DNA of 64,000 bases, taken from positions 384,001-448,000 of the forward strand of contig CAXXGI010000001.1 of assembly GCA_963674695.2 (NCBI GenBank), written 5' to 3'. The position numbers were made by a program, and so were the translations under genes. Under the pieces are notes generated by a model, which saw only the letters and a list, made by a program, of their open reading frames with translations, had not been told where the DNA came from and ran no database searches. This DNA is from a bacterium (GTDB taxonomy: Bacteria; UBA10199; 2-02-FULL-44-16; JAAZCA01). Every line of letters begins with the position of its first letter. Position 1 is the first letter of the stretch. Shown here one piece after another: positions 20,512-29,364 of the stretch.

Positions 20512-20648
20512 GTATCGGCTGCCGACCCCCCGCATATCCTCTCGAGACCGATTTATCGTGCACGGGCGTACACACGGCGATTGCGGTGCCACTCAGAATT
20601 GTCGACTTCCCCTATACGAACGCACAGGATGGGTGTATACTAGTCCAC
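20512..20648. promoter_or_regulatory. Divergent control region with two 16-bp palindromic boxes and a sigma28-like -10
   Basis: GTGCAC-gggc-GTACAC (20558-20573), GTGTAT-acta-GTCCAC (20633-20648), and minus-strand GCCGATAC (20519-20512). Confidence 0.6.
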
Positions 20649-20688
20649 ACTGAATATTGGCACCGGACAGTTCTAGGTGGAGGCAGCG

Positions 20689-21537
20689 ATGGTCAGCATC
20701 TATCAATATCTGGACTACCGAAAATTCCTGCTCGACTATTACGAGGAGAAGAAACGCACGACCAAGACGATGTCCTACCGCAACTTCGCGCGCGCAGCGG
20801 GGCTTGCCGGGTGGAACTATTTAAAGCTCGTCGTCGACGGCAAGCGCAACCTCTCGGCCAGCTCTATCGCCAAGTTCGCCAAGGCGCTCAAACTCAAAAA
20901 ACGCGAGACTGACTTTTTCAGCATCCTGGTCAGCATGAACCAGAGCAGCGATCCGGAGGAGAAGAGCCGCTATTACGAAAAGCTGATGACCTTCCGGCGG
21001 TTCAACGAAATTCACCGGATGGAGAACGACATCTATCAGCTGCTCAGCCGCTGGTATATCGCTGCGGTGCACGAGCTGGTGGCGCTGCCGGATTTCGACA
21101 CGGATCCGCGCTGGATCGCGCAGCAGCTGCGCCCCAACATCACGATCGCCGAAGCGAAGAAGGCACTCGAGATTCTGCAGCACCTGGGGCTGATCAAGAT
21201 CGATCGTGAAAAGAATATGACCGTGCAGACCAAGGGACACTTCGCGACCCCCGATCAGGTCAGCGGCATCGCCATCTTCAACTTTCAGAAGGAGATGCTG
21301 GCACTGGCGCACAACGCCCTGCGCTATCGCTCCTCGCGCATCCGCGACATCTCGGGACTGACCATCGCGCTCTCGCCGGAGGGGTTCGACACCGCCAAGG
21401 ACATGATCCGCGAGTTCCGTCGCGGCCTGCACGCCAAGCTGGCCACGGGGGGACAACCCACCGCCGTCTATCAGCTCAACTTTCAGATCTTTCCGCTCAG
21501 CGAGGTCAAGGCGACCCGCGCCGCTCCTTCCGAATAA
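20689..21537 (+). CDS. TIGR02147 family protein (N-terminal HTH plus DUF4423)
   Basis: Motifs YLDYRKFLLDYYEEKK, SYRNFARAAG, YLKLVVDGKRNLS, WYIAAVHELV, VYQLNFQIFPL. Confidence 0.9.
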   Translation: MVSIYQYLDYRKFLLDYYEEKKRTTKTMSYRNFARAAGLAGWNYLKLVVDGKRNLSASSIAKFAKALKLKKRETDFFSILVSMNQSSDPEEKSRYYEKLMTFRRFNEIHRMENDIYQLLSRWYIAAVHELVALPDFDTDPRWIAQQLRPNITIAEAKKALEILQHLGLIKIDREKNMTVQTKGHFATPDQVSGIAIFNFQKEMLALAHNALRYRSSRIRDISGLTIALSPEGFDTAKDMIREFRRGLHAKLATGGQPTAVYQLNFQIFPLSEVKATRAAPSE

Positions 21538-21675
21538 ATTCTGCATATTCAGGTCGGATTGGTGAGAAAGTGGGTACAGGTGTACACACCTGCGCCTGCA
21601 AAAAAGCACTATTTTACCATTGCCTTCAAGGCGTTCGACCGATCCTGACCCGTTTTTTCGCCTCGGCTCCCCACG

Positions 21676-21703
21676 CAACCGAACCCCACGCCAGAACCGA
21701 TAA
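21676..21703 (+). promoter_or_regulatory. sigma28-like promoter
   Basis: CAACC-N15-ACCGATAA upstream of ATG 21736; a palindromic box GGGTAC-aggt-GTACAC lies at 21572-21587. Confidence 0.55.
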
Positions 21704-21735
21704 CCCAGATAGAAACGACGCATCGAGGAGGAGTC

Positions 21736-22434
21736 ATGAATATCCGCATCGCATTGACCATCATCATCTGCCTCTGCTTCATGAGCGCGTGCAGCGTGAG
21801 CCGCAGCATCGAGGTGGGAAATCCCCTCGAGACCGAAGCGCCTGAACCCAACTCCTCCTATACGAACCATGCGTTCGGCGTGGCGATGACGGTGCGATCG
21901 GATTTCCAGATCGCCGAGGAGGAAGCGAGCTTTGTCCGTTTCGAGGATGATGCCACCTCGTTCGTACAGTGCACGTTCGCCTGGGGAAACTGTCCGGCAT
22001 CCGTCGCGGCCGCTATCGATGAGACCGATTACATCCACCAGTACCTGAGCGCCCTGTCGATGTATGATGACCGAGCCGTCTGCATTACAGTCGAGGGCGT
22101 CATCAGACCGGGGATCAGCGCTGATGACGACAGGCCAATCGTTGCGATCGATACCGACCACACGCCGGGAGATCCGAACACCGATACAACCGAGCCGGGT
22201 CCACAGGCCGGCGATGGAGCGAAGGAGACGCCCTCCTGCACCGACGCGACCTGTGCCGAAGCACCGGCGACGGTGCCAGGCGATGGGGTCAGCAGCCGCA
22301 CGCCTCCGACACCGGTCGATGCGGATGAAGCAAGCGCCGAAGAGGAGGAAGATGCCCCCGCATGCACCGACGAGACCTGTGCCGAGGCCCCGAGCACCGG
22401 TCTGGGTGGCAGCATCGGCGGTTTGATGCCTTAA
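21736..22434 (+). CDS. Lipoprotein with SIEVGNP motif and acidic/Pro tail carrying two CTDxTCAEAP repeats
   Basis: GAGGAG RBS, lipobox MSAC, SRSIEVGNP. Confidence 0.8.
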   Translation: MNIRIALTIIICLCFMSACSVSRSIEVGNPLETEAPEPNSSYTNHAFGVAMTVRSDFQIAEEEASFVRFEDDATSFVQCTFAWGNCPASVAAAIDETDYIHQYLSALSMYDDRAVCITVEGVIRPGISADDDRPIVAIDTDHTPGDPNTDTTEPGPQAGDGAKETPSCTDATCAEAPATVPGDGVSSRTPPTPVDADEASAEEEEDAPACTDETCAEAPSTGLGGSIGGLMP

Positions 22435-22506
22435 GGTCCATTTCCCCCCTTTTTCCATCGAATGATCGTCAAAATATTGACGGTCATTCTTTTTTTGGCA
22501 AAAAAG

Positions 22507-22534
22507 CAACTCCATCCCCCCTGGCTGCCGATAA
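22507..22534 (+). promoter_or_regulatory. sigma28-like promoter
   Basis: CAACT-N15-GCCGATAA upstream of the second SIEVGNP lipoprotein. Confidence 0.55.
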
Positions 22535-22633
22535 CTCTGACAGATCTGAATGGCACTGAACGCCGATAGGAAAGTGGTTGATATGGCACATCTCTTGCTT
22601 CATTTAAGACGTGGTACCCAGGAGAGGACGCTC

Positions 22634-23458
22634 ATGAAACGGATCCTTATGGCGCTAGCCCTGTTCGCCCTGCTTGCAGGAGGGGTTGGCTGCACCGGCA
22701 TGCAGAAGAGCATCGAGGTGGGCAATCCGCAGGAAGAAGAGACGCCGATGCCCGTCTTGGAAGTTGAGAACGAATATTACGGCGTCACCGTGAAAGTGCG
22801 CGAAGACTTCCAGTTCAGCGCACAGAGCGATAGCGCCTGGGTTCTCGAAAAGTTCCCCTCCACCGTCAAACTCGATTTCAGCTGGGATGACGGCAACTGC
22901 CCACCGTTGGAATCGACCCATGAAGAGGACGGCTTTGTCATCGTCGAAAAGCGAGAGTCCGTCCTGTCGACGAAGGAAGACCGCGGTGTCTGCATTGAAA
23001 CCTATGGCCGGATCATGAACAACGAGATCATCCCGGGGGGCAGTGACCCAGTCGATACCGACCCGAACGATATGGTGATAGCAAATGACGGCGTCGACCC
23101 GAACAAGCTCAACGATCCGAATAAAGATCCGCTGGGGAATCTCTCCGGAGGAGGGGGCGGATCCGGCGGCGGCGAAAAGGAAATCTACGACGGCGAAGAG
23201 GACCCCGAGATCGTCGTGCGCAGCAATACGGGTGGCGGCGGAGGTTCCCCTGTCGCCCCGCACGACTACGATATGCATACCAACACCCCCCCTGGCGAAA
23301 TCCAGACCCAGCCCGGCGAAGGCTACATACACGATGGCGACGCGATGGAACGCGCCGACGACAGTCCCTACCAACGTCAGCAGGGTGATTACCGTTGGAG
23401 AACTCCCTCTCGGGGCACGATACAGATTCCCGGCGACGACGACGATGATGACGATTGA
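22634..23458 (+). CDS. Lipoprotein with SIEVGNP motif, paralog of 21736-22434
   Basis: Lipobox GVGC, QKSIEVGNP; shares N..(F/Y)GV...VR.DFQ, F.W..(G)NCP and DR.VCI with the upstream paralog. Confidence 0.8.
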   Translation: MKRILMALALFALLAGGVGCTGMQKSIEVGNPQEEETPMPVLEVENEYYGVTVKVREDFQFSAQSDSAWVLEKFPSTVKLDFSWDDGNCPPLESTHEEDGFVIVEKRESVLSTKEDRGVCIETYGRIMNNEIIPGGSDPVDTDPNDMVIANDGVDPNKLNDPNKDPLGNLSGGGGGSGGGEKEIYDGEEDPEIVVRSNTGGGGGSPVAPHDYDMHTNTPPGEIQTQPGEGYIHDGDAMERADDSPYQRQQGDYRWRTPSRGTIQIPGDDDDDDD

Positions 23459-23470
23459 GATCGACGAAAA

Positions 23471-23508
23471 CAAAAAAGCCCGGCACCATTTGGCGCCGGG
23501 CTTTTTTG
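23471..23508. terminator. Bidirectional Rho-independent terminator
   Basis: caaaaaagcccggcacc-attt-ggcgccgggcttttttg, between convergent genes. Confidence 0.85.
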
Positions 23509-23525
23509 TATCCATCACCTATTGA

Positions 23526-23978
23526 TCAGGAGACCTTGCACAGACAGTTCGCGCAGAGGTTCCCCGAGGCACAGGCATGCACCTCTTCGCCAATCCTGCC
23601 CCGAACATTCTCATCGACACTGCGCGGGGTGACCTCCCACAACCCCGCCTCGATCAACCATTTGCGGATCGTCTCGCGGGAAAGATCGAGCCCCTTGCTG
23701 TCCACGACATCCCGAACGAACATGCTGATCGCACGCCCTCGATAGCATTCGCGATAGAGGCCAACGACCTCATCCTTGATGATGGTGGGCTTGGCCCGAT
23801 TCGACCGCCGCCCCTTGAGCCCGTGCACGAGGCCATCGGCACCACGCGCCTTGAAGCGAATGACGCGACGCCCGATCGTGCGCGTACTGCATCCCAGAAT
23901 GACCGCCGCCTCCTTATAGGAGAGCACCCCATTCAACACTCGCTCCAACACCTCTGTCTGATACGCGATCGTCATCAT
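23526..23978 (-). CDS. Transposase-like (IS481/ISNCY N-terminal) HTH protein with C-terminal Cys cluster, no DDE domain; paralog A
   Basis: EAAVILGCSTRTIGRRVIRFKARGADGLVHGLKGRRSNR and LSRETIRKWLIEAGLW, ending HACASGNLCANCLCKVS; GGGAGG RBS. Confidence 0.8.
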   Translation of the reverse strand: MMTIAYQTEVLERVLNGVLSYKEAAVILGCSTRTIGRRVIRFKARGADGLVHGLKGRRSNRAKPTIIKDEVVGLYRECYRGRAISMFVRDVVDSKGLDLSRETIRKWLIEAGLWEVTPRSVDENVRGRIGEEVHACASGNLCANCLCKVS

Positions 23979-24040
23979 GCCTCCCGGTCTGTTGCAGTCC
24001 TCGCTGGTTTTTGTTTTGCTGCTGCCGTGTTCTGTCTGAA

Positions 24041-24102
24041 TTATCGGCAGCTCCGCCCCAAATGGTGCGCGACAAAACAATAAAGCGTGGACTTCTGTAC
24101 AC
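24041..24102 (-). promoter_or_regulatory. sigma28-like promoter with GTGGAC-N4-GTACAC box
   Basis: CACCA-N14-GCCGATAA on the minus strand; box at 24087-24102. Confidence 0.65.
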
Positions 24103-24265
24103 ATTCAATTCAATGATTATTTAAGAATTTCATGGAGATATGGTAATTATCGCCAAGGCAAATACATGCACATTTAACACCAAAGAACACCCTTGTACGC
24201 AGGCGTCACCCCCATCGACATCGAGGGAAAATGCTGTATCTCATCGGAATGATGGGGATAAAGAA

Positions 24266-24294
24266 AACCCCGACCAGGATCACTGGTCGGGGTT
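24266..24294 (-). terminator. Hairpin terminator after HTH paralog B
   Basis: aaccccgaccag-gatca-ctggtcggggtt, followed by a T-rich tract on the minus strand. Confidence 0.7.
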
Positions 24295-24333
24295 CGGATA
24301 GATATCGATCGATCAGAAGGAAATACACCGTTT

Positions 24334-24810
24334 CTACGACACCTTGTTCAGACACTCCCTGCAGTCATGCGCCTCGGCACAGGCACACGGGGCAACAACG
24401 GGTTCTCCCTGCGGCGTCCCTTCGATCGCCGTCGGTACTGAGGACTGACAGGGGCGACCACGGCATCCCGCCTCCCACAGGCCCGCTTCGATGAGCCACT
24501 TGCGGATCGTCTCGCGGGAGAGGTCGATCCCCTTGCGTTCGACCTGACGGATGAAATCGCTGAGCGACTTCACTTCAGCCTGTTCCTGGAAGATCAGGAC
24601 CACCTGCTCCTTCAGATTCTCCGGCTTGGCGCGATTGCTGCGTCGACCCGTCAGACGATGCATCAGGCCGTCGGCGCCCAGGAGTTTATACCGGGCCAGT
24701 TTACGCTGCACCGTACGGATGCTGCAGGACATGAGCCCGGAAGCCTCCTGATGCGTGATCTGTCCTGCGATGATGCTGTCGAGCACTGCCTTCTGATATC
24801 GAATACTCAT
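24334..24810 (-). CDS. Transposase-like HTH protein with C-terminal Cys cluster; paralog B
   Basis: EASGLMSCSIRTVQRKLARYKLLGADGLMHRLTGRRSNRAKP and LSRETIRKWLIEAGLW, ending CACAEAHDCRECLNKVS. Confidence 0.8.
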   Translation of the reverse strand: MSIRYQKAVLDSIIAGQITHQEASGLMSCSIRTVQRKLARYKLLGADGLMHRLTGRRSNRAKPENLKEQVVLIFQEQAEVKSLSDFIRQVERKGIDLSRETIRKWLIEAGLWEAGCRGRPCQSSVPTAIEGTPQGEPVVAPCACAEAHDCRECLNKVS

Positions 24811-24859
24811 GTGATGTCCCCAATCTGTTGTGACGCCCCCTGTGTCAGTTCTGTCTGGA

Positions 24860-25051
24860 TTATCGGTTGGCGACAGATGAAAGGTGTGCGGCAAGATACG
24901 AAAGCGTGCACAGCGAAACACGTGGCTGTGTACAGATGTACACAGCCGGACCCTATCTATGTAATTGAATTTATTGAATTCTTCTTGTCCGCGACAGGCG
25001 AAAAAGGCGAAAAAAGGAGGGGTTTGTGTACAGCTGTGCACAGTCGTGTAC
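24860..25051 (-). promoter_or_regulatory. sigma28-like promoter with a cluster of GTGNAC-N4-GTNCAC boxes
   Basis: CACCT-N14-ACCGATAA; boxes at 24906-24921, 24928-24943 (GTGTAC-agat-GTACAC) and 25026-25041. Confidence 0.65.
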
Positions 25052-25119
25052 CGCCACATCGTCACATTGACGAGGCTCGATAGATCGTAGAGCCATTATA
25101 ATGATAGCGGTGGAACGGG

Positions 25120-25226
25120 TGTCATTCCCGCGAAGGCGGGAATCTCGATTTTTCAAGCACATCGAGATTCCCGCCTTCGCGGGAATGACAACAAATCGAG
25201 ATTCCCGCCTTCGCGGGAATGACAAC
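25120..25226. repeat. dRS3-like ATTCCC-N8-GGGAAT repeat cluster (3 units)
   Basis: gtcattcccgcgaaggcgggaatctcga plus two copies of tcgagattcccgccttcgcgggaatgacaac. Confidence 0.9.
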
Positions 25227-25257
25227 GATCGGCATAATCGTCTTTTGCGGACAACCC

Positions 25258-26862
25258 CTAATGAATGATATCGGGATCCTTCTCGGGTCTGCGGCGGTCG
25301 ATCGTTTCGGCGGTGGAGATCTCGCCGGTGACCTCCTCTTCGGCGGGCGATTCGGGGGAGGCGAAGACCTCGACGCGGTTGCGACCGAGCTCCTTGGCGC
25401 GATAGAGAGCGATATCGGCGTGATCGATCAAGTCGTCCATCTCGGAGACATCGTCGGGAAAGGTCGCCACGCCGCTCGAGATCGTGATGCGCCGGGTCTG
25501 CCGATGCTTCTCGGTGAGAAAGTGATGTTCATCGACGAGCAGGCGCACCTTTTCGGCCACCGCGGTCGCACCGTGTTTGTCCGTATCGGGAAGCAGGAGC
25601 ACAAATTCCTCGCCGCCGAAACGGGCCACGGTATCCACCTCGCGCAGGTTGCGTTTGAGCAGCGCCCCGATCTGCCGCAAGACCACATCCCCCTGCAGAT
25701 GCCCAAAGGTATCGTTGTAGGCCTTGAAGTGATCGACATCGATCATCACCAGCGACAGCATCCGGCGAAAACGCACTGCGCGTTTCCACTCCATCTGGAG
25801 CATCTGCTGAAAGTGTCGACGGTTGTTGATGCCGGTCAGCTCATCGCGCACGGAGAGCTCGCGCGTTCGCGTGTAGAGGCGCGCGTTCGCGATCGCCAAC
25901 GCCACCTGGCCAGCCACGAGCGAGAGCATCTTCACATCCTGATAGGAGAAGCTGCTCTTGCCATGCCGTGAAAAGTTGATGACGCCGAGCACCTCATCCT
26001 TGAAGACGAGGGGGATGGACAGGAACGACGAGGTCTGCGCAGGCCGCTCGCGCTTGTAGTGAAGAAAGCGCGTCTCACGACTCGTGTCCTTGATATAGAT
26101 CTTGCGACCCGTCTCCGCCACAAGCCCGGTGATCCCCTCACCCGCACGAAAACTGGTGCGCAGGATCTCATCCTCGTCCTCGAAGCCATAGGCCGCCAAC
26201 ACCTGCAACGCCTCTCCCTTGTCATCGTAGACGAGCAACGCAAATTCGTTGATGCGCAGGTATTTCTGCAAGGTCACGGTGATCGTGCTGTAGAGACGTT
26301 CCAAATCGATGATCGAGTTGACCTCCTGGCCGATCTCGTAGATGAGCGAGAGATCGCGCACCAGGTATTCGAGCGTCTTGTTCGTCCGCTCGATAATGGA
26401 ATTTTTTTCCTCGAGACGATGACGCAACTGGGACTGCTCCTGCATCAACACCACATCCTGATCCGCCTGAATATTGCTGGCAGACAGGTCCGTCACCTTC
26501 GACACCAACCGATTGAAGGCATGCGTAATGAGCCCCAGTTCGTCGTCGGCCAAGACCGGTGCGCGAATGAGAAAATCCCCCTCCTCGGCACGACGCATGG
26601 CCTTCATCAAATGCGTGAGCGGACGATCGAGAAAGATATGGATCGCCGCCGTCGCCGCACATGCGGCCACCAGCACCTGCATCGCCGTGATGAGGATACG
26701 CACATCGATGCCCAAGAGTTTTCCGGAAAGATCGACGCGTCCCGATGCAGCGAGCGCGAGTTCCGCCCCCCAGACGAGGACGTAGGCGATACCCGTGGTC
26801 AACACCACTTTGACGGGAATGGAGAGGCGACACCGAATGTTGTCCGGGCCAAAACCGCTCAC
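25258..26862 (-). CDS. Membrane-bound diguanylate cyclase (2 TM, HAMP, GAF, GGDEF)
   Basis: HAMP DELGLITHAFNRL, GAF FLSIPLVFKDEVLGVI, DELTGINNRR, RxxD I-site (REVD) and intact GGEEF. Confidence 0.93.
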   Translation of the reverse strand: MSGFGPDNIRCRLSIPVKVVLTTGIAYVLVWGAELALAASGRVDLSGKLLGIDVRILITAMQVLVAACAATAAIHIFLDRPLTHLMKAMRRAEEGDFLIRAPVLADDELGLITHAFNRLVSKVTDLSASNIQADQDVVLMQEQSQLRHRLEEKNSIIERTNKTLEYLVRDLSLIYEIGQEVNSIIDLERLYSTITVTLQKYLRINEFALLVYDDKGEALQVLAAYGFEDEDEILRTSFRAGEGITGLVAETGRKIYIKDTSRETRFLHYKRERPAQTSSFLSIPLVFKDEVLGVINFSRHGKSSFSYQDVKMLSLVAGQVALAIANARLYTRTRELSVRDELTGINNRRHFQQMLQMEWKRAVRFRRMLSLVMIDVDHFKAYNDTFGHLQGDVVLRQIGALLKRNLREVDTVARFGGEEFVLLLPDTDKHGATAVAEKVRLLVDEHHFLTEKHRQTRRITISSGVATFPDDVSEMDDLIDHADIALYRAKELGRNRVEVFASPESPAEEEVTGEISTAETIDRRRPEKDPDIIH

Positions 26863-27100
26863 GAAAATACTCCGTTTCTCAAGAGGAACCCTTTTGACAT
26901 GCCTCGCACAGGGAGGACCTTGCCGATCCCCCTCCTTCCGTCCTTCTTATCGGTGCCACGTCGAAATTGTTGCTCGGTTTTTTCGTCTTTTTCTCGTTTA
27001 TTATCAATACGTTGAAATGACGCCCCCAGGCCGCACCGATCGTCCCCCCACGCGGACCCCGCTCACGGTTCAGTTGACGCGCGCGCGGCACTGCCCCAAT

Positions 27101-28231
27101 ATGCGCCCCATGCGTCTTCCCGGTTGCATCACCCTCATGATCGTCACCCTCATCGCGTTCGCGCCATCGCTCCATGCCGCGCCACCGCCCGAGATCCGCG
27201 TGCTCGTCGCAGGCTCTCTCACGGTGATCGACATCCACGGCGAGCCGATGCACACATCCACCGACGCGCGCACACACTCCATGGAGCTGGGGAGCCCCGT
27301 GCGCATCACCGCTGGACCGAAGGGACTGACCCTGGACGGACGCATGCTTGGCCAAACGATCACGATCACCAATCGCGAACGGCTCTATCACATTGGGCAG
27401 CGCACCTTCCGCGGAATGCTGACGCTCCGGTGGAAGGAACACGGAAAGCTCGATGTCGTCAATACGCTCCCGCTCGAGGAATACCTGGTCGGCCTGGTGG
27501 GCAGCGAGATCCGTGCCGACTGGCCGACGGAATCGGTCAAGACCCAGATCGTCGCCGCCCGCAGCTATGCGCTCGCACGGATGCGCGCCGCACATGCCGC
27601 ACACCAACCCTACGACGTCACCGGCACGACACTCAGCCAGGTCTATCACGGCGCGCACCTGGACGACCCGCGTTCAGTCGCGGCCGCCAAAGCCACGCGT
27701 GGCGAAGCGCTCTATCGCAGCGGACACCTCTTTCGCGCCTGGTATCACAGCTGCTGCGGAGGACAGACCGAACACGCCCACAACGTCTGGGCGGGTGAGA
27801 GCGGACCACCGACGGCCACCGGGAACTGGTGCGCGCGCTCGCCGAAATTCAACTGGCAGTATGAAATCGACACCACCACATTTGCCCAGAAGATGACGGC
27901 AGCGGGATTTCCATTGACGAACGTCCTCTCCGTTGCGACCACCACGCTCGCCGATTCGCCGCGCGTCGAACACCTGCTCGTCACCGATGCGGGCGGCATG
28001 CAGATGATTCCGGCGACGAAGCTGCGCGCCACCTTGAGTTATCGTGAATTTCAGAGCACCTGGTTCGAGGTGAAACTTTCGGGGAAAAAACTCCTCTTCA
28101 CCGGTCGCGGCTATGGCCACGGCGTAGGGATGTGTCAGTGGGGAGCCAAAGCGATGGCCGAGGCCGGACACACCTACCGCGAAATCCTGGCCAACTACTA
28201 CCCGGACGCTGAGGTGCGAAAGGCATACTGA
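27101..28231 (+). CDS. SpoIID/LytB domain protein (lytic transglycosylase-like)
   Basis: Motifs VNTLPLEEYLVGLVGSE, YHSCCGGQTE, GRGYGHGVGMCQWGA, ILANYYP. Confidence 0.9.
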   Translation: MRPMRLPGCITLMIVTLIAFAPSLHAAPPPEIRVLVAGSLTVIDIHGEPMHTSTDARTHSMELGSPVRITAGPKGLTLDGRMLGQTITITNRERLYHIGQRTFRGMLTLRWKEHGKLDVVNTLPLEEYLVGLVGSEIRADWPTESVKTQIVAARSYALARMRAAHAAHQPYDVTGTTLSQVYHGAHLDDPRSVAAAKATRGEALYRSGHLFRAWYHSCCGGQTEHAHNVWAGESGPPTATGNWCARSPKFNWQYEIDTTTFAQKMTAAGFPLTNVLSVATTTLADSPRVEHLLVTDAGGMQMIPATKLRATLSYREFQSTWFEVKLSGKKLLFTGRGYGHGVGMCQWGAKAMAEAGHTYREILANYYPDAEVRKAY

Positions 28232-28235
28232 CCGT

Positions 28236-29348
28236 ATGAACGTATCCGACTTCAATTACGAGCACCCCAAAGAACTCATCGCGCAACAGCCGTGTGAGAA
28301 GCGCGATGCCGCGCGCATGATGGTCGTCGATCGCGGCGCGCGCACCTGGAAGCATCGGGGCGTTATCGATCTGCCGGAGCTGCTCGAACCCGGCGACCTT
28401 CTCGTGCTCAACGACTCGCGCGTCATTCCCGCCCGACTCTTCGGCACGAACCACAGCGGACTGCCGATCGAACTGCTCGTCGTCGAACCGGGCCAGGGTC
28501 CGGGAGTCTGGCGCTGTCTCATCCAGAAAGCCAAGCGCCTGCGGCGCGGCGATCGCTTTCACTTCGGCATGCATGCCGTGGCCGAGGTCACCGGACACGA
28601 AGCGCCCTACCTCCTTGTCCGCTTCCGCCCGGATGCACTCGAACTGGCGATGAAGCACCACGGCGTTCCGCCGCTGCCACCCTATATCGAACGCGAGGGG
28701 TTCGAGGCCTATTCCGCCCAGGATCGCGAGCGCTATCAGACGACCTTCGCCCGGACGCCCGGCTCGGCTGCAGCGCCGACCGCGGGCCTTCACCTGAGCG
28801 AGCGTCTGCTCGAACGGATCACAGCGCGCGGCGTCGAGATGGCGCAGATCACGCTGCACGTCGGCATCGACACGTTCACCCCGGTGCGCGCAGAAACGAC
28901 GGAGGACCACCGCATGCACGGCGAGCGCGTGGAGGTCCCGATCGAGACCGTCGAGGCGGTCGCCAAGGCCAAGCGCGAAGGCCGACGCGTGATCGCCGTG
29001 GGCACCACCACGACCCGAGCCCTGGAATCCGCCTGCCACACGGGTCACGGGTCACGGGTCACGGGTCACGAAGACGGTGATCATGACTCCCATCCGCGAA
29101 TTCATTTCGGAGATAAAGACAGCACGGCGATGAAATACGGCTCTTGGGTGACCGACCTCTTCATCACGCCCGGCTTCGAATTTCAGGTCGTCGACGCGAT
29201 GCTCACCAACTTCCACATTCCGAAATCGACGCTCCTGATGATGGTCTCAGCATTCGCCGACCGCGCCTTCATCCTCGAATGCTATGCCGAGGCCGTGCGC
29301 GAACGCTACCGGCTCTTCTCGTATGGGGATTGCATGCTGATCGAGTGA
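28236..29348 (+). CDS. queA: S-adenosylmethionine:tRNA ribosyltransferase-isomerase
   Basis: Motifs LNDSRVIPARL, PPLPPYI, GSAAAPTAGLH, AVGTTTTRALES, TNFHIPKSTL, FSYGDCM. Confidence 0.96.
   Translation: MNVSDFNYEHPKELIAQQPCEKRDAARMMVVDRGARTWKHRGVIDLPELLEPGDLLVLNDSRVIPARLFGTNHSGLPIELLVVEPGQGPGVWRCLIQKAKRLRRGDRFHFGMHAVAEVTGHEAPYLLVRFRPDALELAMKHHGVPPLPPYIEREGFEAYSAQDRERYQTTFARTPGSAAAPTAGLHLSERLLERITARGVEMAQITLHVGIDTFTPVRAETTEDHRMHGERVEVPIETVEAVAKAKREGRRVIAVGTTTTRALESACHTGHGSRVTGHEDGDHDSHPRIHFGDKDSTAMKYGSWVTDLFITPGFEFQVVDAMLTNFHIPKSTLLMMVSAFADRAFILECYAEAVRERYRLFSYGDCMLIE
29039..29070. repeat. 7-bp microsatellite (CACGGGT) x4.5 inside queA
   Basis: cacgggt cacgggt cacgggt cacgggt cacg; frame stays open and encodes [10 protein letters not shown]. 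Confidence 0.92.
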
Positions 29349-29364
29349 TCGAACATCAATGCGA

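Noticed and set aside
23526-24810. Active IS481/ISNCY elements
   Set aside because: No DDE domain or terminal inverted repeats seen; reported instead as possible domesticated HTH genes.
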